The notes below the pieces were generated by a model that was not told the origin of the DNA, made no database searches, and was given only the letters and a program-made list of their open reading frames with translations. The translations under genes were made by a program, and so were the position numbers. Shown one piece after another: positions 50,550-64,000 of a DNA stretch of 64,000 nt; position 1 is the first letter of the stretch, and each line of letters starts with the position of its first letter. Origin of the DNA: Ylistrum balloti. Taxonomy: Eukaryota. The stretch spans positions 558,001 to 622,000 of the forward strand of contig NW_026782019.1 in NCBI RefSeq assembly GCF_031769215.1. Reading direction: 5' to 3'.

Positions 50550-53500
50550 GTAGCAAGTACACAGATGAAAAACAAGGAGAGAATAACATGAATGTAAATT
50601 GTAGAAAAACAAATACGAATTTGTGTAAAAAGAAAAACAATAAGACATTATGATCAAAATGGATTGAAAGTGAAAGACATTAAAAGACACAAAGATATGT
50701 CATGTCGGGAAAACAATGTCAAATAGATGTAAGGTATTAAAATTGAAATTATAATATAAAATATTACCAAGTAAAGAGAACATAATTATTAATGAAAAAT
50801 AGAACAAGATCATTTATGTATTTAAAGCCATTTAAGATTATTAACATTACTTTATTAAATGTACTTGTTTTGATTTATTATCATATCAACATTTTAACGA
50901 AAGTAATCATCGAGTGAAAATCTGACAATTACATCTCGTGATAAGTTACAAGACTACCATTTACGAAGAAATGAATGTTTCATTGGTGTTGGTTTAGTAT
51001 GTAATTATCAAGACTTTGAATGTCAGTGAACACACACAAAAACAAACTAAAACGAAAACAAAAATAAATAAACGAATAAAATAATAAAATATTTAAGACA
51101 TTATTTCTATAATTCTATTTTATTGCAGGTCAAATATATATCACAGCACACATGGCAATGCAGTGTGTCGTTAGAATATTAGATTCTCAAAGAAGTTTCG
51201 TTCGGTTCTTCTTTATCAATTAGGCAAATCGATAAAATTCTGTATAACATATATGCGAGGGCAATATTTTGATCTGAATGATATACACTGGATAATTCAA
51301 AATACTGAAAGACAATACATGATAAAGATACGTTATAGTGAAAAGGTATGTCCAATAATGACAGCACATATCAATATAGATCAGCCTAGCCTTATGGTTA
51401 TGTCAGCAGTCTGACAGGAAAGCAAGCCACCACAGATATAGTTATCTTCTATGTATGATATTTTGCTACAAAACCTCACATATGCTTCCTCTATGCAAGA
51501 ATTACATCAAAGACAAACGTACTAACACATTCGTAAACTCAATTATCTCCTGGTCTCGATATCATACTACTTAATCGTCATATGTAAAATTAATCTATAT
51601 TTTACTAATGTGTTGGTAGATAAAGGTTATCCGTGTTTACAGGTGATTCACTAGGTTATATTGGAAAACATATAATACTGGACATTGAAATTCCATATGT
51701 TCTAACTTTGTAATTGCTATCAGTAACCAACATATATCGTATACCTCTCCTTTGCATATGTTTGATTTTCCTATATTCACAACTAAACACGAAGGCTTGA
51801 CACGGTATGTTATTTATATTAGTGTTGTACCTTGTAGATAACATCAGGGCGATAATGGAACATAAAACAATAAATGAATTACAGGAAACACGGAGACCAC
51901 TCCAAGGATTAACTCACTTGCGTGAGAGGTGATTATATAGTAGACCGTGTGTGTTCTTTAATCCATCTTCCTGCTATAAACTCGAAAACAAATATCACCT
52001 TTTTAACTGATTAATCATAAATCGCCATAAGCAAGATATTATTTTTGAAGATAAGCTTTAACTGTAAATAGCCATTAGTTGATTGAGTCCTAGGCACATA
52101 CCTGCGTTTTTAAAGTATAAAAAGGATATAAATTCATACTGTCACGAAAAGTATTCCGTGATTATCTACATTCGTTAAGCGAATTGTTTTCGCGTTATTT
52201 TGTTGAATGAAATCTAGTGAGCGTACCTATACTTAGCCGTGATACAAACGGAAGACTGCGACACCGATTTGTTATAAACCTTATCGCAAAAATCTATTAT
52301 ACATAAAGTTAGAATTGTAATATTTTAACTTATTCGGTATAATAATGTTATAATTATTACAATAAGCAATTTATGTTTAATAAGAGTTGAAAAAAAGAAG
52401 ACAGATACCATAATAAATTGCCAGTCTAATTTTTTTTTATCGAAACTTTTTTAAGCAATCATTACGCTCTTGTTATACACTGTAAAGCTATTATGTGTGA
52501 TATCCAGGTAATTAGGCAAATCCTGTATCGTTCTCTTGTTGATAAATAGGAAATATACAACGTGTAAACAACTCTGGTGATTCCTTTTAATTGTCACATG
52601 AAGAAGTAAAGAGGATGATGAAAGCCCAGTCACTAAAACACAACTTCAGGTGACGTTCCGAGGTGTGTGGTTAACATCCTCTATCCTCGTCGAAGTTTGT
52701 TTTTGTTTTCAAACTGAGAAACGGATCGGTCTTTGCCTTCGTGGTTTTGGCTTGGTATTCATCCCCCTGAATGGCATGCAACGTGCCTCGCCTACATGTA
52801 TGCTATGTATGTATGGTAGCCATCATGAGCGAAAGTATGTGATCCTATGGTACATTTGTATAACACTAATTAGATAGATAGACCGAGTCGATAACGGAAG
52901 ATATAAAATCCATTTGTATGATGCTAATGTATATAAATGGCCAAACTCAATAACAGATGGACAGTGTTAAGAGTGGTAAACTATAATATCAATTATGTTT
53001 ATTGATTACAAATTAGTTCTGGTAAGAAAATATTGCCCTTTATATTTCGAGTAACATGTTTTTGAACAGAGCGAGTTACTTCGCTTAGCAGAAAAGTATA
53101 ACATATTGTAGAAATACCTTTCATTTTGATACCATTTGGGTTAAAATATTAATGACCGGATTTCTACCACACGATGCATATGTTATTCAATTCAAAAATC
53201 ATTGATTGATCATTGCAACTATTGTTTCACAAAACCGATAAACCACACGTGGTATCACACCTTGACGTTTAACAGGAATTCAAGCGCGGATTAAAATAGT
53301 TATATATTATTCTTGTTATCATTTAATTTTCAAACGTAATTCTAATGTATACTGGACTTGAAAATTCTTTATTGCTTGTTATAAATTGTAATAACTCCTG
53401 ATTCGTGATATTTTGATATCAATTAGTGGCATTTTACATCAGGTAATCTTATTGCGCAGTAACCAAAAAGTCATTAACTTCCATGTGTAGAATGTTTTTC

Positions 53501-53689
53501 TTGTGGTAGAAACCGGTCACACAAACTCGTGGTTGTTGTTTATGATATTTAATTCACTCTCGTTAGTTATTTTTCAAAAGTTACAAAAAACACGAGCTTT
53601 TGAATTTTGAAAAATAACTGACTCGAGTGAAATGAATACCATAAGCAACAACCACTCGGTTTGTAACCTCTATATAAAAGCTTTTCGTA

Positions 53690-53800
53690 AACAGATTTGT
53701 TATTGAAATTATATAAATAGTGAAAGTCATCACCAATAAACTTTATGCACAAAGGACATAACCTTTCCTCATGGGTAACGTTAATCTTCATGTCTGTATA
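53690..53800 (-). mobile_element. LINE ORF2 C-terminal zinc-knuckle remnant
   Basis: NVTHEERLCPLCIKFIGDDFHYLY resembles the 'ERxCxLC...IGDEFHYLFxC' end of invertebrate non-LTR ORF2 proteins. Confidence 0.55.
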
Positions 53801-54546
53801 GACGGTTTTATATTTGCGTCCCTAAATTTACATAAAGAGGTGCGCCCGTTTTGATTAAATTTTTATTAGCGTAGGTTCCAAATTGCACAAATATTTATAT
53901 AACAAAAGGAATTTTCAATAACACAACACCTTTTTTCAAATAAAATGATCCTGCAGTCTTTGCATAACTTTTAGTTTGAATGATTCTCTTGTAATTGTGG
54001 TGGATGACTGAAATACCCATACGTTATTAAAATCGTCAAAGGTATATTGCATTTTCATGTTTTTTTTTTTTTTTTATTTCAAAGACGGTCATTGCATTTT
54101 AGTGCCCTTCAAAACCTGCTTTTGAAATTCAATTGGACCAATTCTGATTTTCCTCAGTTGCTTACAAGGTCTCAACAATTACCCCCTAGCATCACTACCA
54201 TCAAGAAAGGCGCAACAGATAAATGATGCAGTTACCTTCATCATTGGTGTATGTTTTGTGTACTTCTACAGAACCAAACGGATATATTCACTTGAAAGTC
54301 TTTTGTATAGTCATTTTGACATGGATTTGAAATATATAAGAATTGATTATAATGCTTCAAGTAAATTTTCCATTGATTTCTAACGGAAAATACGTAGTGA
54401 CAAATGAATGCAATTAAAACAGGTACGACAGGTAATGTAAACTAACACTATTGAAGACTGTTAAAAGACATAGAAATATACTCATCTTGATGTAACTTTA
54501 TTTAGTTCCAAGTATAATTCATTATGAATGAGATGTTTTCTTCTAT

Positions 54547-54719
54547 TAGATACTAACATTCTTAGCTTATATGGAAGCAAACTAATTAAAATAGATTATT
54601 TCTTTCCAGGGAGCATGTCCTGGTGACCACACAAATAGATACTAACATTCTAAGTTTATACGGAAGCAAAAAATTGAAAAAAAAGATGAACTACTCAAAG
54701 TATCATGTTCTAGTGACCA
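54547..54719. repeat. Diverged direct duplication, ~89-nt period, 2 copies
   Basis: TAGATACTAACATTCT.AG.TTATA.GGAAGCAAA...CATGT.CT.GTGACCA occurs twice. Confidence 0.7.
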
Positions 54720-54919
54720 GGATATTGGAATGTCGAAATGTTACTTCAATTTCATTACAAATTAACAGTTTGCAAATATATTTGTATCTTTACACAAGGT
54801 GCGTAAATTGCAAAGATATCGATACAACGCTAAGCCCTTCTACAAATGACAACAACATACAACAATAATCTAGAATTATAAATGTAGTGATTTTGCAATA
54901 ATATTAGAAAGTAACTTAC

Positions 54920-54943
54920 CATAAGCTCTGTGACATTATCCAT
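54920..54943 (-). CDS. GPCR 1 first coding exon (MDNVTELM)
   Basis: ATG GAT AAT GTC ACA GAG CTT ATG|gtaagt, phase 0. Joins exon 2 to give MDNVTELMNVTSRTG with two N-glycosylation sequons, typical of a GPCR N-terminus. The pairing across 6.2 kb is inferred. Confidence 0.7.
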
Positions 54944-54968
54944 TCTGATGTTATGACAGTAGTTTGAT

Positions 54969-55003
54969 AACTGGCACAGCCTTTGTATGTGACTTGGTAT
55001 ATA
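54969..55003 (-). promoter_or_regulatory. TATA-like box plus initiator upstream of GPCR 1 exon 1
   Basis: Minus-strand TATATA at 55003-54998 and CAGTT with its A at 54972, a 31-nt spacing. The ATG lies 29 nt downstream. Confidence 0.45.
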
Positions 55004-57675
55004 GCTTATCGATCGGTCAGACAGGTGATGCAGTCTCTCTTAATCTCCTGAAATGCGAGACTTTTTTCGTGCTCGGATTTTTTTCCCTTTCGTTTACAAA
55101 GGGACCGGAAGGAGAATTTTCCTTAAAGTTACTTTAGTTATGAACGGAACTTAATCACTTTTCGCGATAAGAAGAAACACGGCAAATGACAAAATGTGAA
55201 GAAGTGTTTTGTTTTTGTTCTTTTCGTTTTTGTTTTTGTTTTTTCGTTTTTGTTGTTGTTTTTTTTTTTTTTGACGCTATTCAAAGCTACTTTTGAAAAA
55301 GATAACAAATTTGGAAATGACACCAACTACATATCATGTATACCTCAACGGATTCGACACTTTAGTATGTACACTTCTCTTGAGTTCAAAAGATGAGATT
55401 GAAAAGAAAATTGTATAACGCTTTCGTAATGGTCTCCTTGTCCTTATTACACGACAAAGGAAAGTTCCCAATCTAAAGCAAGGTATCCATGTACTACACC
55501 GTCTAATCATTTAACAATAAACAAAATCATGAAAAGTTAAGAAATATAGGTTCTCGGTAATAGAAACTATTTAAAATATTCAAAGTAAAGGATATAATCA
55601 GCTGTTTCGATAAAGGGGAAACTTTTATTTACCGTTATAATTACAAAAAGATAGTATACAGATGCTTGATTTTTATATGGAGGTTAATTACATGTACTTA
55701 ACAAATGTTCTGCGTCGCTTATTGTGAGATTATGTATAAAGGGAGCCTGTTACACAATGAATACGATAACGTGAGCGAGTTCTCGTGCTGAAGGTGTGAC
55801 ATCGTACATCATGTTTCCAATATTTATCAGGATTACACAAGCGGATCTCTATGAACGGAAATTTTAGTATTACTGAACTTAAAAGTTTAAAAAAGTGTAC
55901 ATCTCCCTGATTCAAATATTTCTAAGGAGAAAAGACTTGGTATAACATTAAGATCATGATCCTTACTGCTGCAGAAAAGATGACGGGACACAGTCATCAT
56001 GACAAACGTTATGTACTAAGAGAAATTCAGAGACCTGCTCCAGGGTATCAGTACATACAAGTGTTGAAAAGGATTCTACATTCAAGTGTACCATATTATT
56101 GCTTATAGAAGACTTAAAGACAATGTAACTTCACATGTACAGCACAGATAGCTCTACTGTATATCCACTAAGAGTACCAATTAACCCTAAATACACAAAC
56201 TTCAAGTTTCTCTCAGGCCCAAATTATCATCTGCTTACTCTATCTACATGTACAATGTGAATATAGATTTATAGCTAATTTAATGCCAACATAAGGAGGG
56301 AAATCACAGTATGATATTAAGAGTAGTGCAGGCTAAGGTAAGAAGCTGGGTGAGAGCAAGCTTTCTTCTGACGCAGTGTTTTTCGATATTACATTACACC
56401 TCGCATGTGTTCCTTTGGCATAGAGCATCGGAATAATCAATGAGAAATTGGAAATTGACAGCATTTTCTCCGAAAGGACTTCTAGCTCTCCCTCTCTCCA
56501 ACACAGATTACAGATGTTTTAAAACAGCCAGTAGTGTCTTCCCTTTCGGCATCCAAATTCTGAGTTCATTTGATCCAAGCCATCAGACATACGTTAAATC
56601 AAAACAGTGGACGGTACCACTGACTGTCATCCTATATCAGCATGAGACAGTCAAATTTAGTTAACGTCAATGTTTATGTCTATCGGGCAGTTCTTCTGTT
56701 TCAGTTATACATATGTTTTAATTATTTCGAAATATGTTAATACATTTCAATCAAATACAGAATTATTATAATGTTTTCTTCCGCCAATTAAGACTTTTAA
56801 AATGTTTTCAAAATATAACCCTGCTAAAGCAGCACCTAGCAATGGCTGATTTTCATGAAACTTGACTAAAAGAAATAAATATTTATACCTCCGCAACGGG
56901 TTTGTTAAGAAAGTAAATATTTCCAAAAAACGTGGTCCGGCGGGGACATGACGAAATAGCAGCGAAGAAACACATGGCACGGCAGTACCGACAGTCACAT
57001 CCTAATTCTGATAATCTCTTTGAGTTGTTGTGCAATTTATCCCTGTGATGGACTCGTGACGTGACAGAAAACACTGAGATAATCCGATTTAGTAATTTTA
57101 TGTCATATTAACCAGAATTTAAATCGGATGAGTTGTATGTTGTTTACCAAATCAACAGATTATGACATTGCAAAGCATACCGTCAGCTACCCATTACATA
57201 CCTTTGAAAAACCACCAGTGTGTTTCTGTAAGACCAAATCGATTCTGTTGAGTGACGTGATAACAATCTATTATGTTACCATAGCAGATAAATTGCCATT
57301 TATCTATGTCATCAATTTCGATATGCGTGGATGTTGATCTTTGAAGGTATAATCTTAGTTGATATTGATGAGAATTCGGTCAAATATAACCAGTATGATG
57401 GTTGCCATTTATTGCTGAAAGAGAAAAAAACACAACAATTAATTGAACTAGGTTTTTATTGCTATACTAGATCTTGTTTCATCGTTTTGCTTATATATCC
57501 CAAACATATAATAAAGTCAATTATTTTGATATTTGAAATAGCTAGATAGATTCTAAAACGTTCTGAGGTAATACTGATTAGTAATTTGATAGATTACTGA
57601 AAAAAGAATGATACCGGAAGAGTGGGCAACATTTTGATCATATTGCTGACCATGAGCGCGCCAATACAAATACAT

Positions 57676-60132
57676 ATCACCTCGTGTACCGTTCAAGACT
57701 GACCCTAAATTAACGTTCTATCAACTCGTGTACCGTCCAGGACTGACCCTAAATTAACGTCCTATCAACTCGTGAACCGTCCAGTACTGACCCTAAATTA
57801 ACGTCCTGTCACCTCGTGTACCGTCCATGACTGACCCTAACTTAACGCTCTATCACCTCGTTTACCGTCCAGGACTGACCCTAAATTAACGTCTTATCAC
57901 CTCGTGTACCGTCCAGGACTGACCCTAAATTAACGTCCTATCAACTCGTGTACCGTCCAGTACTGACCCTAAATTAACGCTCTATCACCTCGTGTACCGT
58001 CCAGTACTGACCCTAAATTAATGTTCTATCACCTCGTGTACCGTCTAGGACTGACCCTAACTTAACGTTCTATCACCTCGTGTACTGTTCAAGGCTGACC
58101 CTAAATTAACGTTCTATCAACTCGTGTACCGTCCAGGACTGACCACCGTCCAGGACTGACCCTAAATTAACGTTCTATCACCTCGTGTACCGTCCAGGAC
58201 TGACCCTAAATTAACGTCCTATCACCTCGTGTACCGTCCAGGACTGACCCTAAATTAACGTTAACGTCCTATCACCTCGTTTACCGTCCAGGACTGACCC
58301 TAAATTAACGTCTTATCACCTCGTGTACCGTCCAGGACTGACCCTAAATTAACGTCTTATCACCTCGTGTACCGTCCAGGACTGACCCTAAATTAACGTC
58401 CTATCACCTCGTGTACCGTCCAGGACTGACCCTAAATTAATTAACTCGTGTCCGTCCAGGATCACCTATCACCTCGTGTCGTGTAAATTAACGTCCTATC
58501 CAGGACTGACCCTAACTTAACGTCCTATCACCTCGTGTACCGTCCAGGACTGACCCTAAATTAACGTCTTATCACCTTGTGTACTGTCCAGGACTGACCC
58601 TAAATTAACGTCCTATCACCTCGTGTACCGTCCAGGACTGACCCTAAATTAACGTCTATCACGTGTACCGTCCAGGACTGACCCTAAATTAACGTCTATC
58701 ACCTCGTGTACCGACCCTAAATTAACGTCCTATCCTCGTGTACCGGACTGACCCTAAATTAACGTCCTATCACCTCGTGTACCGTCCAGGACTGACCCTA
58801 AAAACGTCCTATCAACGACTGACCCTAAATTCTATCACCTCGTGTACCGTCCAGGACTGACCAAAAATTAACGTAATAAAAACAAGAGTACCGTCCAGGA
58901 CTGACCCTAAATTAACGTCCTATCACCTAGTGTACCGTCCAGGACTGACCCTAAATTAACGTCCTATCACCTCGTGTACCGTCCAGGACTGACCCTAAAT
59001 TAACGTCCTATCACCTCGTGTACCGTCCAGGACTGACCCTAAATTAACGTCCTATCACCTCGTGTACCGTCCAGGACTGACCCTAAATTAACGTCCTATC
59101 ACCTCGTGTACCGTCCAGGACTGACCCTAACTTAACGTCCTATCACCTCGTGTACCGTCCAGGACTGACCCTAAATTAACGTCTTATCACCTTGTGTACC
59201 GTCCAGGACTGACCCTAAATTAACGTTCTATCACCTCGTGTACCGTCCAGGACTGACCCTAAATTGTCGTCCTATCACCTCGTGTACCGTCCAGGACTGA
59301 CCCTAAATTGACGTCCTATCACCTCGTGTACCGTCCAGGACTGACCCTAAATTTAACGTTCTATCACCTCGTGTACCGTCCAGGACTGACCCTAAATTAA
59401 CGTCTATCACCATTAGTACCGTCCAGGACTGACCCTAAAAATTAACGTCTTATCACCTTCGTGTACCGTCCAGGACTGATTAACGTCCTAAACTGACCCT
59501 AAATTTAACTTGACCCTAAATTAACGTCCTATCACCTCGTGTACCGTCCAGGACTGACCCTAAATTAACGTCCTATCACCTCGTGTACCGTCCAGGACTG
59601 ACCCTAAATTAACGTCCTATCACCTCGTGTACCGTCCAGGACTGACCCTAAATTAACGTCCTATCACCTCGTGTACCGTCTAGGACTGACCCTAACTTAA
59701 CGCTCTATCACCTCGTGTACCGTCCAGGACTGACCCTAACTTAACGTTCTATCACCTCGTGTACCGTCCAGGACTGACCCTAAATTAACGTCCTATCACC
59801 TCGTGTACCGTCCAGGACTGACCCTAAATTAACGTTCTATCACCTCGTCCACCGTCCAGGACTGACCCTAAATTGACGTCCTATCACCTCGTGTACCGTC
59901 CAGGACTGACCCTAAATTGACGTTCTATCACCTCGTGTACCGTCCAGGACTGACCCTAAATTAACGTTCTATCACCTCGTGTACCGTCCAGGACTGACCC
60001 TAACTTAACGTCCTATCACCTCGTGTACCGTCCAGGACTGACCCTAAATTGACGTTCTATCACCTCGTGTACCGTCCAGAACTAACCCTAAATTACCGTC
60101 TTATCACCTTGTGTACCGTCTAGGACTGACCC
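57676..60132. repeat. Minisatellite array, 44-nt unit, ~55 copies
   Basis: Unit TCACCTCGTGTACCGTCCAGGACTGACCCTAAATTAACGTCCTA, with locally scrambled segments. Confidence 0.97.
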
Positions 60133-61439
60133 ATCAAGCCTCGAGTGAACGTATTGTTAACGCTGTATTGTATATTATTATTCATATGTAATAGCACAGC
60201 AAGTTGTTTCAATACTGATACCGATACAATAAAGACATATTTTTACGACATAAAGGAAAAAACAAACAAAATCTGATATTTCCATTTTGACCGCTTTATA
60301 AAATCAACACTAATTGGGGGAAAACAAATAAAATTGTCATTCATTGGATATTATAACAGACGGGAAAAGCCCGACGACTGATGAAATAGCAAATTAGCTC
60401 GCTCCAATCCAATCCGGCGGGAAAGGTTGTCGGCTAGAGGAAGTAAACAGAACATAATTCCACAATAACATCGTCCCTTTCTCAGTCTTTGATAAGATAC
60501 CTTGTTTTTTGTTTTTTAGTTATACAAAATAAATTCACAAAACGCAAAAATAAAAAAAAAAAATAATAATAATAAAATAAAATTAATAAATAAATAAACA
60601 TACAACATTTCAGATCCACATTTATTTTTTACCGCAAGTATACATCAGTCCGCTTTCCTACTTGCCGTTACTAATGTGAATATCCATTTTATTGATGGGG
60701 CGAAATAGATAATACACATCGCAAACTGAACTCTTTGATTCATCAGTCCTATTAATTGAACTCTCATAAATCTGTTTGTGATTTTTAAGAAGAAGATTTA
60801 TATGTGGGTAGCGCAGGCTATACAGCATTTCACAAACAACATACGACTGAATATCGTATTTCAATACGATGAAAAAGATTATGAGCTGAACTGCATCATA
60901 TGGCAGTTTCGTCTTTCGAGGACTCGTCACTAATAATAAGGGTTTATATAGGGTTTTAACTAGTTGAAAATTAGCCGAAACAGATATCAAAATCTGTATA
61001 GGTGTATGCGTTAGCTCCATAATTCAAAAACAAATACCGCCAAGCACGTGTGTATATTCTGAGCCGTGACACCTTTCATTTGAATTTAAATAAAGTGTGT
61101 CTATTGCTCTTAGTTTGGCTTTACCTTCCCAAGATGTCGCAATAGGTACTGTTAAGTATGTTGTCTGTATAAAAAGGATATGTAAAAAGCCGCAATACCA
61201 TATTGTGAGATCTCAAGGTGGTAAAAAAATCGCCACTGAAGCGACTGAGAAAAATCCAAAGTAATTGGAAGTAATTTCAAAATCTGGATTCGTAGGGACA
61301 CAAGCCCAAGAATTCAATAGCTTCTAGTAATTTTTTATTATTTACAAAACTTACTATCGCTTGATTTTTCTCGCTATTCTATATAGATCTTCAACCAATT
61401 ATGACAACTATCAAATATTTAGTTCTGAATCATGTCAGT

Positions 61440-62522
61440 TTAAGATAATAACTCCTTTCTCAATCCTTTAATCCGCCAGACATATAGAAGTGGATTAACT
61501 AAAGGATGTGCCATAATTAATAATCTTGTAGTTAACTCTAATACCGGTAAATGAATGTGTGCCAACTTTAACATCTGTATAACCATGTGTGGGATAAAGG
61601 TGAAGAACAATACTACCAGAATAATGAGAACTGTGGTTAAAGCAGTCTTCAGTTTGTCTGTCCGCTTAGAACATCGGACTCCGTGTTTGAAGATTGCGCC
61701 GAGCATTAATGGTGGTTGAGTCTGTGGATTATCATGAAATGGAGTTTTAGGTTGAACGTCGTTTTTAAAATGTGACGAGAGTGGTTTAAGACTTGGGGGT
61801 TTGAATTTTAATCTTAAATGTGTGTAATTACTGGGAATGGCGTCTAACTTGGCTATAAGAGGATTTCTCTCATAAGCATCGCGTTGATGTTTCCTAAGTA
61901 ATCGTGTCAGTGTACAAACAGCCGTAGAATACAGTAGAATGGTTAATATCACTAAAGGTAGAACAATGATGAGCTGAGTCAAAACAAGGATGATCAGCAT
62001 GTTAACATAAGAATACATCCTTTCAAGTTTACAACGGTTATAATTTCCGGTAGTGTTAAAACTGCTGATAATGATCACAACGTAACAGATCAGAAGAACA
62101 GTCGATATAAACGGGGTGTAATATTTTGATTTCCCGGCAAAAATGGAATGAGTTCGACATTTCACAGCGTTGAATCTCTCTAGAGATATCAGGAAGCAGA
62201 GGAACAGGGAACTCCCAAAGAATGCCACCCATCCGGTATAGATCATTTCACAAAATGATTTCGACGGAATTAATTTGGTGTATATCGGTATGTAATACAC
62301 AAGGTTAGTACTACAAACAAGCAAATCACTGAAGCTCAGGCAAAGGATGAAAAACTCATGAGCACGTTTCCTCAGCTTCGGTCTTAAAATTAAAAGAATA
62401 ACCACAACGATGTTCTCGATGAAGCCAATTATCTGCATACATAAACCAACAGCTTCCGGAATGGGATAGGTTACTGCGTCTTCTATATGATACTCTGTTT
62501 GGTTCCATGGCGTCTGTGGTTT
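61440..62522 (-). CDS. Orphan class A GPCR 2, main coding exon. Predicted CDS join(63077..63075,62522..61440) = 361 aa
   Basis: TM1 GFIEN, TM2 LSFSDLL, TM3 ISLERFNAV and TM7 HPLVNPLLYVW. The frame stays open 28 codons upstream of the ORF-track ATG (KPQTPWNQTEYHIEDAVTYPIPEAVGLC, with an NQT sequon), back to acceptor ttacag|AAA at 62523. Confidence 0.9.
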   Translation of the reverse strand, partial: KPQTPWNQTEYHIEDAVTYPIPEAVGLCMQIIGFIENIVVVILLILRPKLRKRAHEFFILCLSFSDLLVCSTNLVYYIPIYTKLIPSKSFCEMIYTGWVAFFGSSLFLCFLISLERFNAVKCRTHSIFAGKSKYYTPFISTVLLICYVVIIISSFNTTGNYNRCKLERMYSYVNMLIILVLTQLIIVLPLVILTILLYSTAVCTLTRLLRKHQRDAYERNPLIAKLDAIPSNYTHLRLKFKPPSLKPLSSHFKNDVQPKTPFHDNPQTQPPLMLGAIFKHGVRCSKRTDKLKTALTTVLIILVVLFFTFIPHMVIQMLKLAHIHLPVLELTTRLLIMAHPLVNPLLYVWRIKGLRKELLS

Positions 62523-62671
62523 CTGTAATGTACATATTGTTGATTAAGGGTACGTAGTGCAATGATGCATATCGAATGCCTTACTGACATAATGCAAACA
62601 TTTATAGAAATGTTTACATGAAGTCTGCCTTACGAAAGCACAGCATGCGTGCCTTTAATGAAGTAATATTC

Positions 62672-62763
62672 TTAAAACTTTATCAAATGACATATCTTTA
62701 AAACTTTATCAAATGACAGATCCTTAAAACTTTATCAAATGACTTATCTTTAAAACTTTATCA
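62672..62763. repeat. 26-nt tandem repeat, ~3.5 copies, within GPCR 2 intron
   Basis: AAAACTTTATCAAATGAC(A/T)(T/G)ATC(T/C)TT repeated. Confidence 0.85.
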
Positions 62764-63074
62764 TCTGTTTTATTTTTGAAACGTCATCATTTGCCAACGC
62801 TTATATCCTTTTGACATCATACACGGCTATCCTTTAAACATGATTGTACTTGTTATATTCTTAAAACGTCACCATAGACGATATTCTTAAAACATCATCG
62901 ATGGCTATATAATTAAACATTATCTCTGTCTATATTCCAACACCACTGGGTATGTTCATGTCTTCTTCATGCCTTTCCTTGTCTTTGGATTCAAATAAAA
63001 TGCTACACATGTTGTCAATAATATATTATATCACCTGTCCATTACAACTACAAATAAATGTTACATTCACTTAC

Positions 63075-63077
63075 CAT
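63075..63077 (-). CDS. GPCR 2 start codon as the last codon of exon 1
   Basis: aacaaacgATG|gtaagtg, with an in-frame TAA three codons upstream and A at -3. Phase 0 matches the acceptor at 62523 (552-nt intron). Confidence 0.7.
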
Positions 63078-64000
63078 CGTTTGTTATACGTTGCTGTCAT
63101 TCACGATAACTGTTTCTTCAAAGTTACCAAAGCTGTGTTGATGACCACTGTATCCCTGTATTGATGGTGTTTATTTCGAACGGACCTTAGTTATACTCAC
63201 TAAGGTATACCTCGTTGATATACACAATTGGTATATGCATTATGCATGGATCATTTAAACTGAATCCAATTATCCGGAGGCAAATTGAATCGGTTTATAT
63301 CATATCGTTATAGACGTCACTACCAGACAGAAACATTGGTCAAATATTAACATGTTGGGTCGTGACTGATATAATACCAACCTACTAAACCCAAGGAAAT
63401 TAAATTTCGACTTATTTTCACAATCGACTTTTATTTACAATGCTATGTAGGTAAAGGAACGTCTTTTTGATAATATTCGCTAAATGATATGATTTATCAG
63501 TCCTCTCTTGACTTACATCTACGATGTAGTTTTGGTGATCATTTTGTCATAAAAAATTCTTTTAGCTTAGTTTTAAGATTCAAGATTCCTTCTGAAGCTG
63601 TAGAAACGTTTCTCAGCTTTAATAGGAAAACGTATCTGTTAAGAGATTTACTCATTGTAAACTACGACTGTGTCAGGAGAGAGAAAATAACATACCCTTT
63701 ATTGCCAAACTAGCATGTGCTACAAATATGTGAATCACTTCAGTATCGGGATAGGCTAAAATACTATCTATTTTTAGACTTCAAACTGACCACAATATAT
63801 CTTGATTACATATTGTTCTGTCTACTACTTGACCTCATTGTAATATCCTTTCTGTATGATTATTACAAGTGGTTTTGGATGATTGATTTTACCATGGAAA
63901 TCATTAATATTCATAGTGTTAAGTGACCTTTCCAAAGGAAGGGGGTTGTCTCCGTTCATTCATTATACTATTATCTCTAATAGTGTTGAGTGACCTTTAC

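Noticed and set aside
26907-60132. CRISPR-like appearance of the regular arrays
   Set aside because: Units are directly adjacent with no unique spacers, there are no cas genes, and the context is eukaryotic.
57676-60132. Resemblance of ACGTTAATTTAGGG to the pistol ribozyme, or a twister core
   Set aside because: The pseudoknot partner CCCUAA is not on the same strand as UUAGGG, and the conserved order of elements is not met.
60368-60436. CTGATGA...GAAA...GTC hammerhead-like motif
   Set aside because: No stem II closing pair, and stems I and III do not pair in the required register.

Overview
AT-rich eukaryotic (metazoan) genomic DNA. The repeat families suggest a bivalve mollusc such as an oyster (inference). 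Three protein-coding genes, all on the minus strand, can be rebuilt by hand with canonical GT-AG junctions and consistent phases: a 3-coding-exon SLC45-family transporter (717 aa) and two paralogous orphan class A GPCRs (383 and 361 aa), each with a tiny first exon ending in ATG|gtaagt. The rest is intron or intergenic DNA containing many decayed Penelope-like retroelement fragments, LINE fragments (one with a 2A-like DVESNPGP motif), a Helentron-associated (HINE-like) element, two palindromic MITE-like elements and five large minisatellite arrays. The most striking observation is the 45-nt array at 26907-27730. On the minus strand each unit is a minimal hammerhead ribozyme (CUGAUGA-stem II-GAAAC, GUA cleavage site, stem I). 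Units come in two mutually complementary variants (AACU / AGUU) that alternate strictly in the right half, so neighbouring units complete a perfect 8-bp stem III. No prokaryotic-type features (CRISPR, rRNA, operons) were found.
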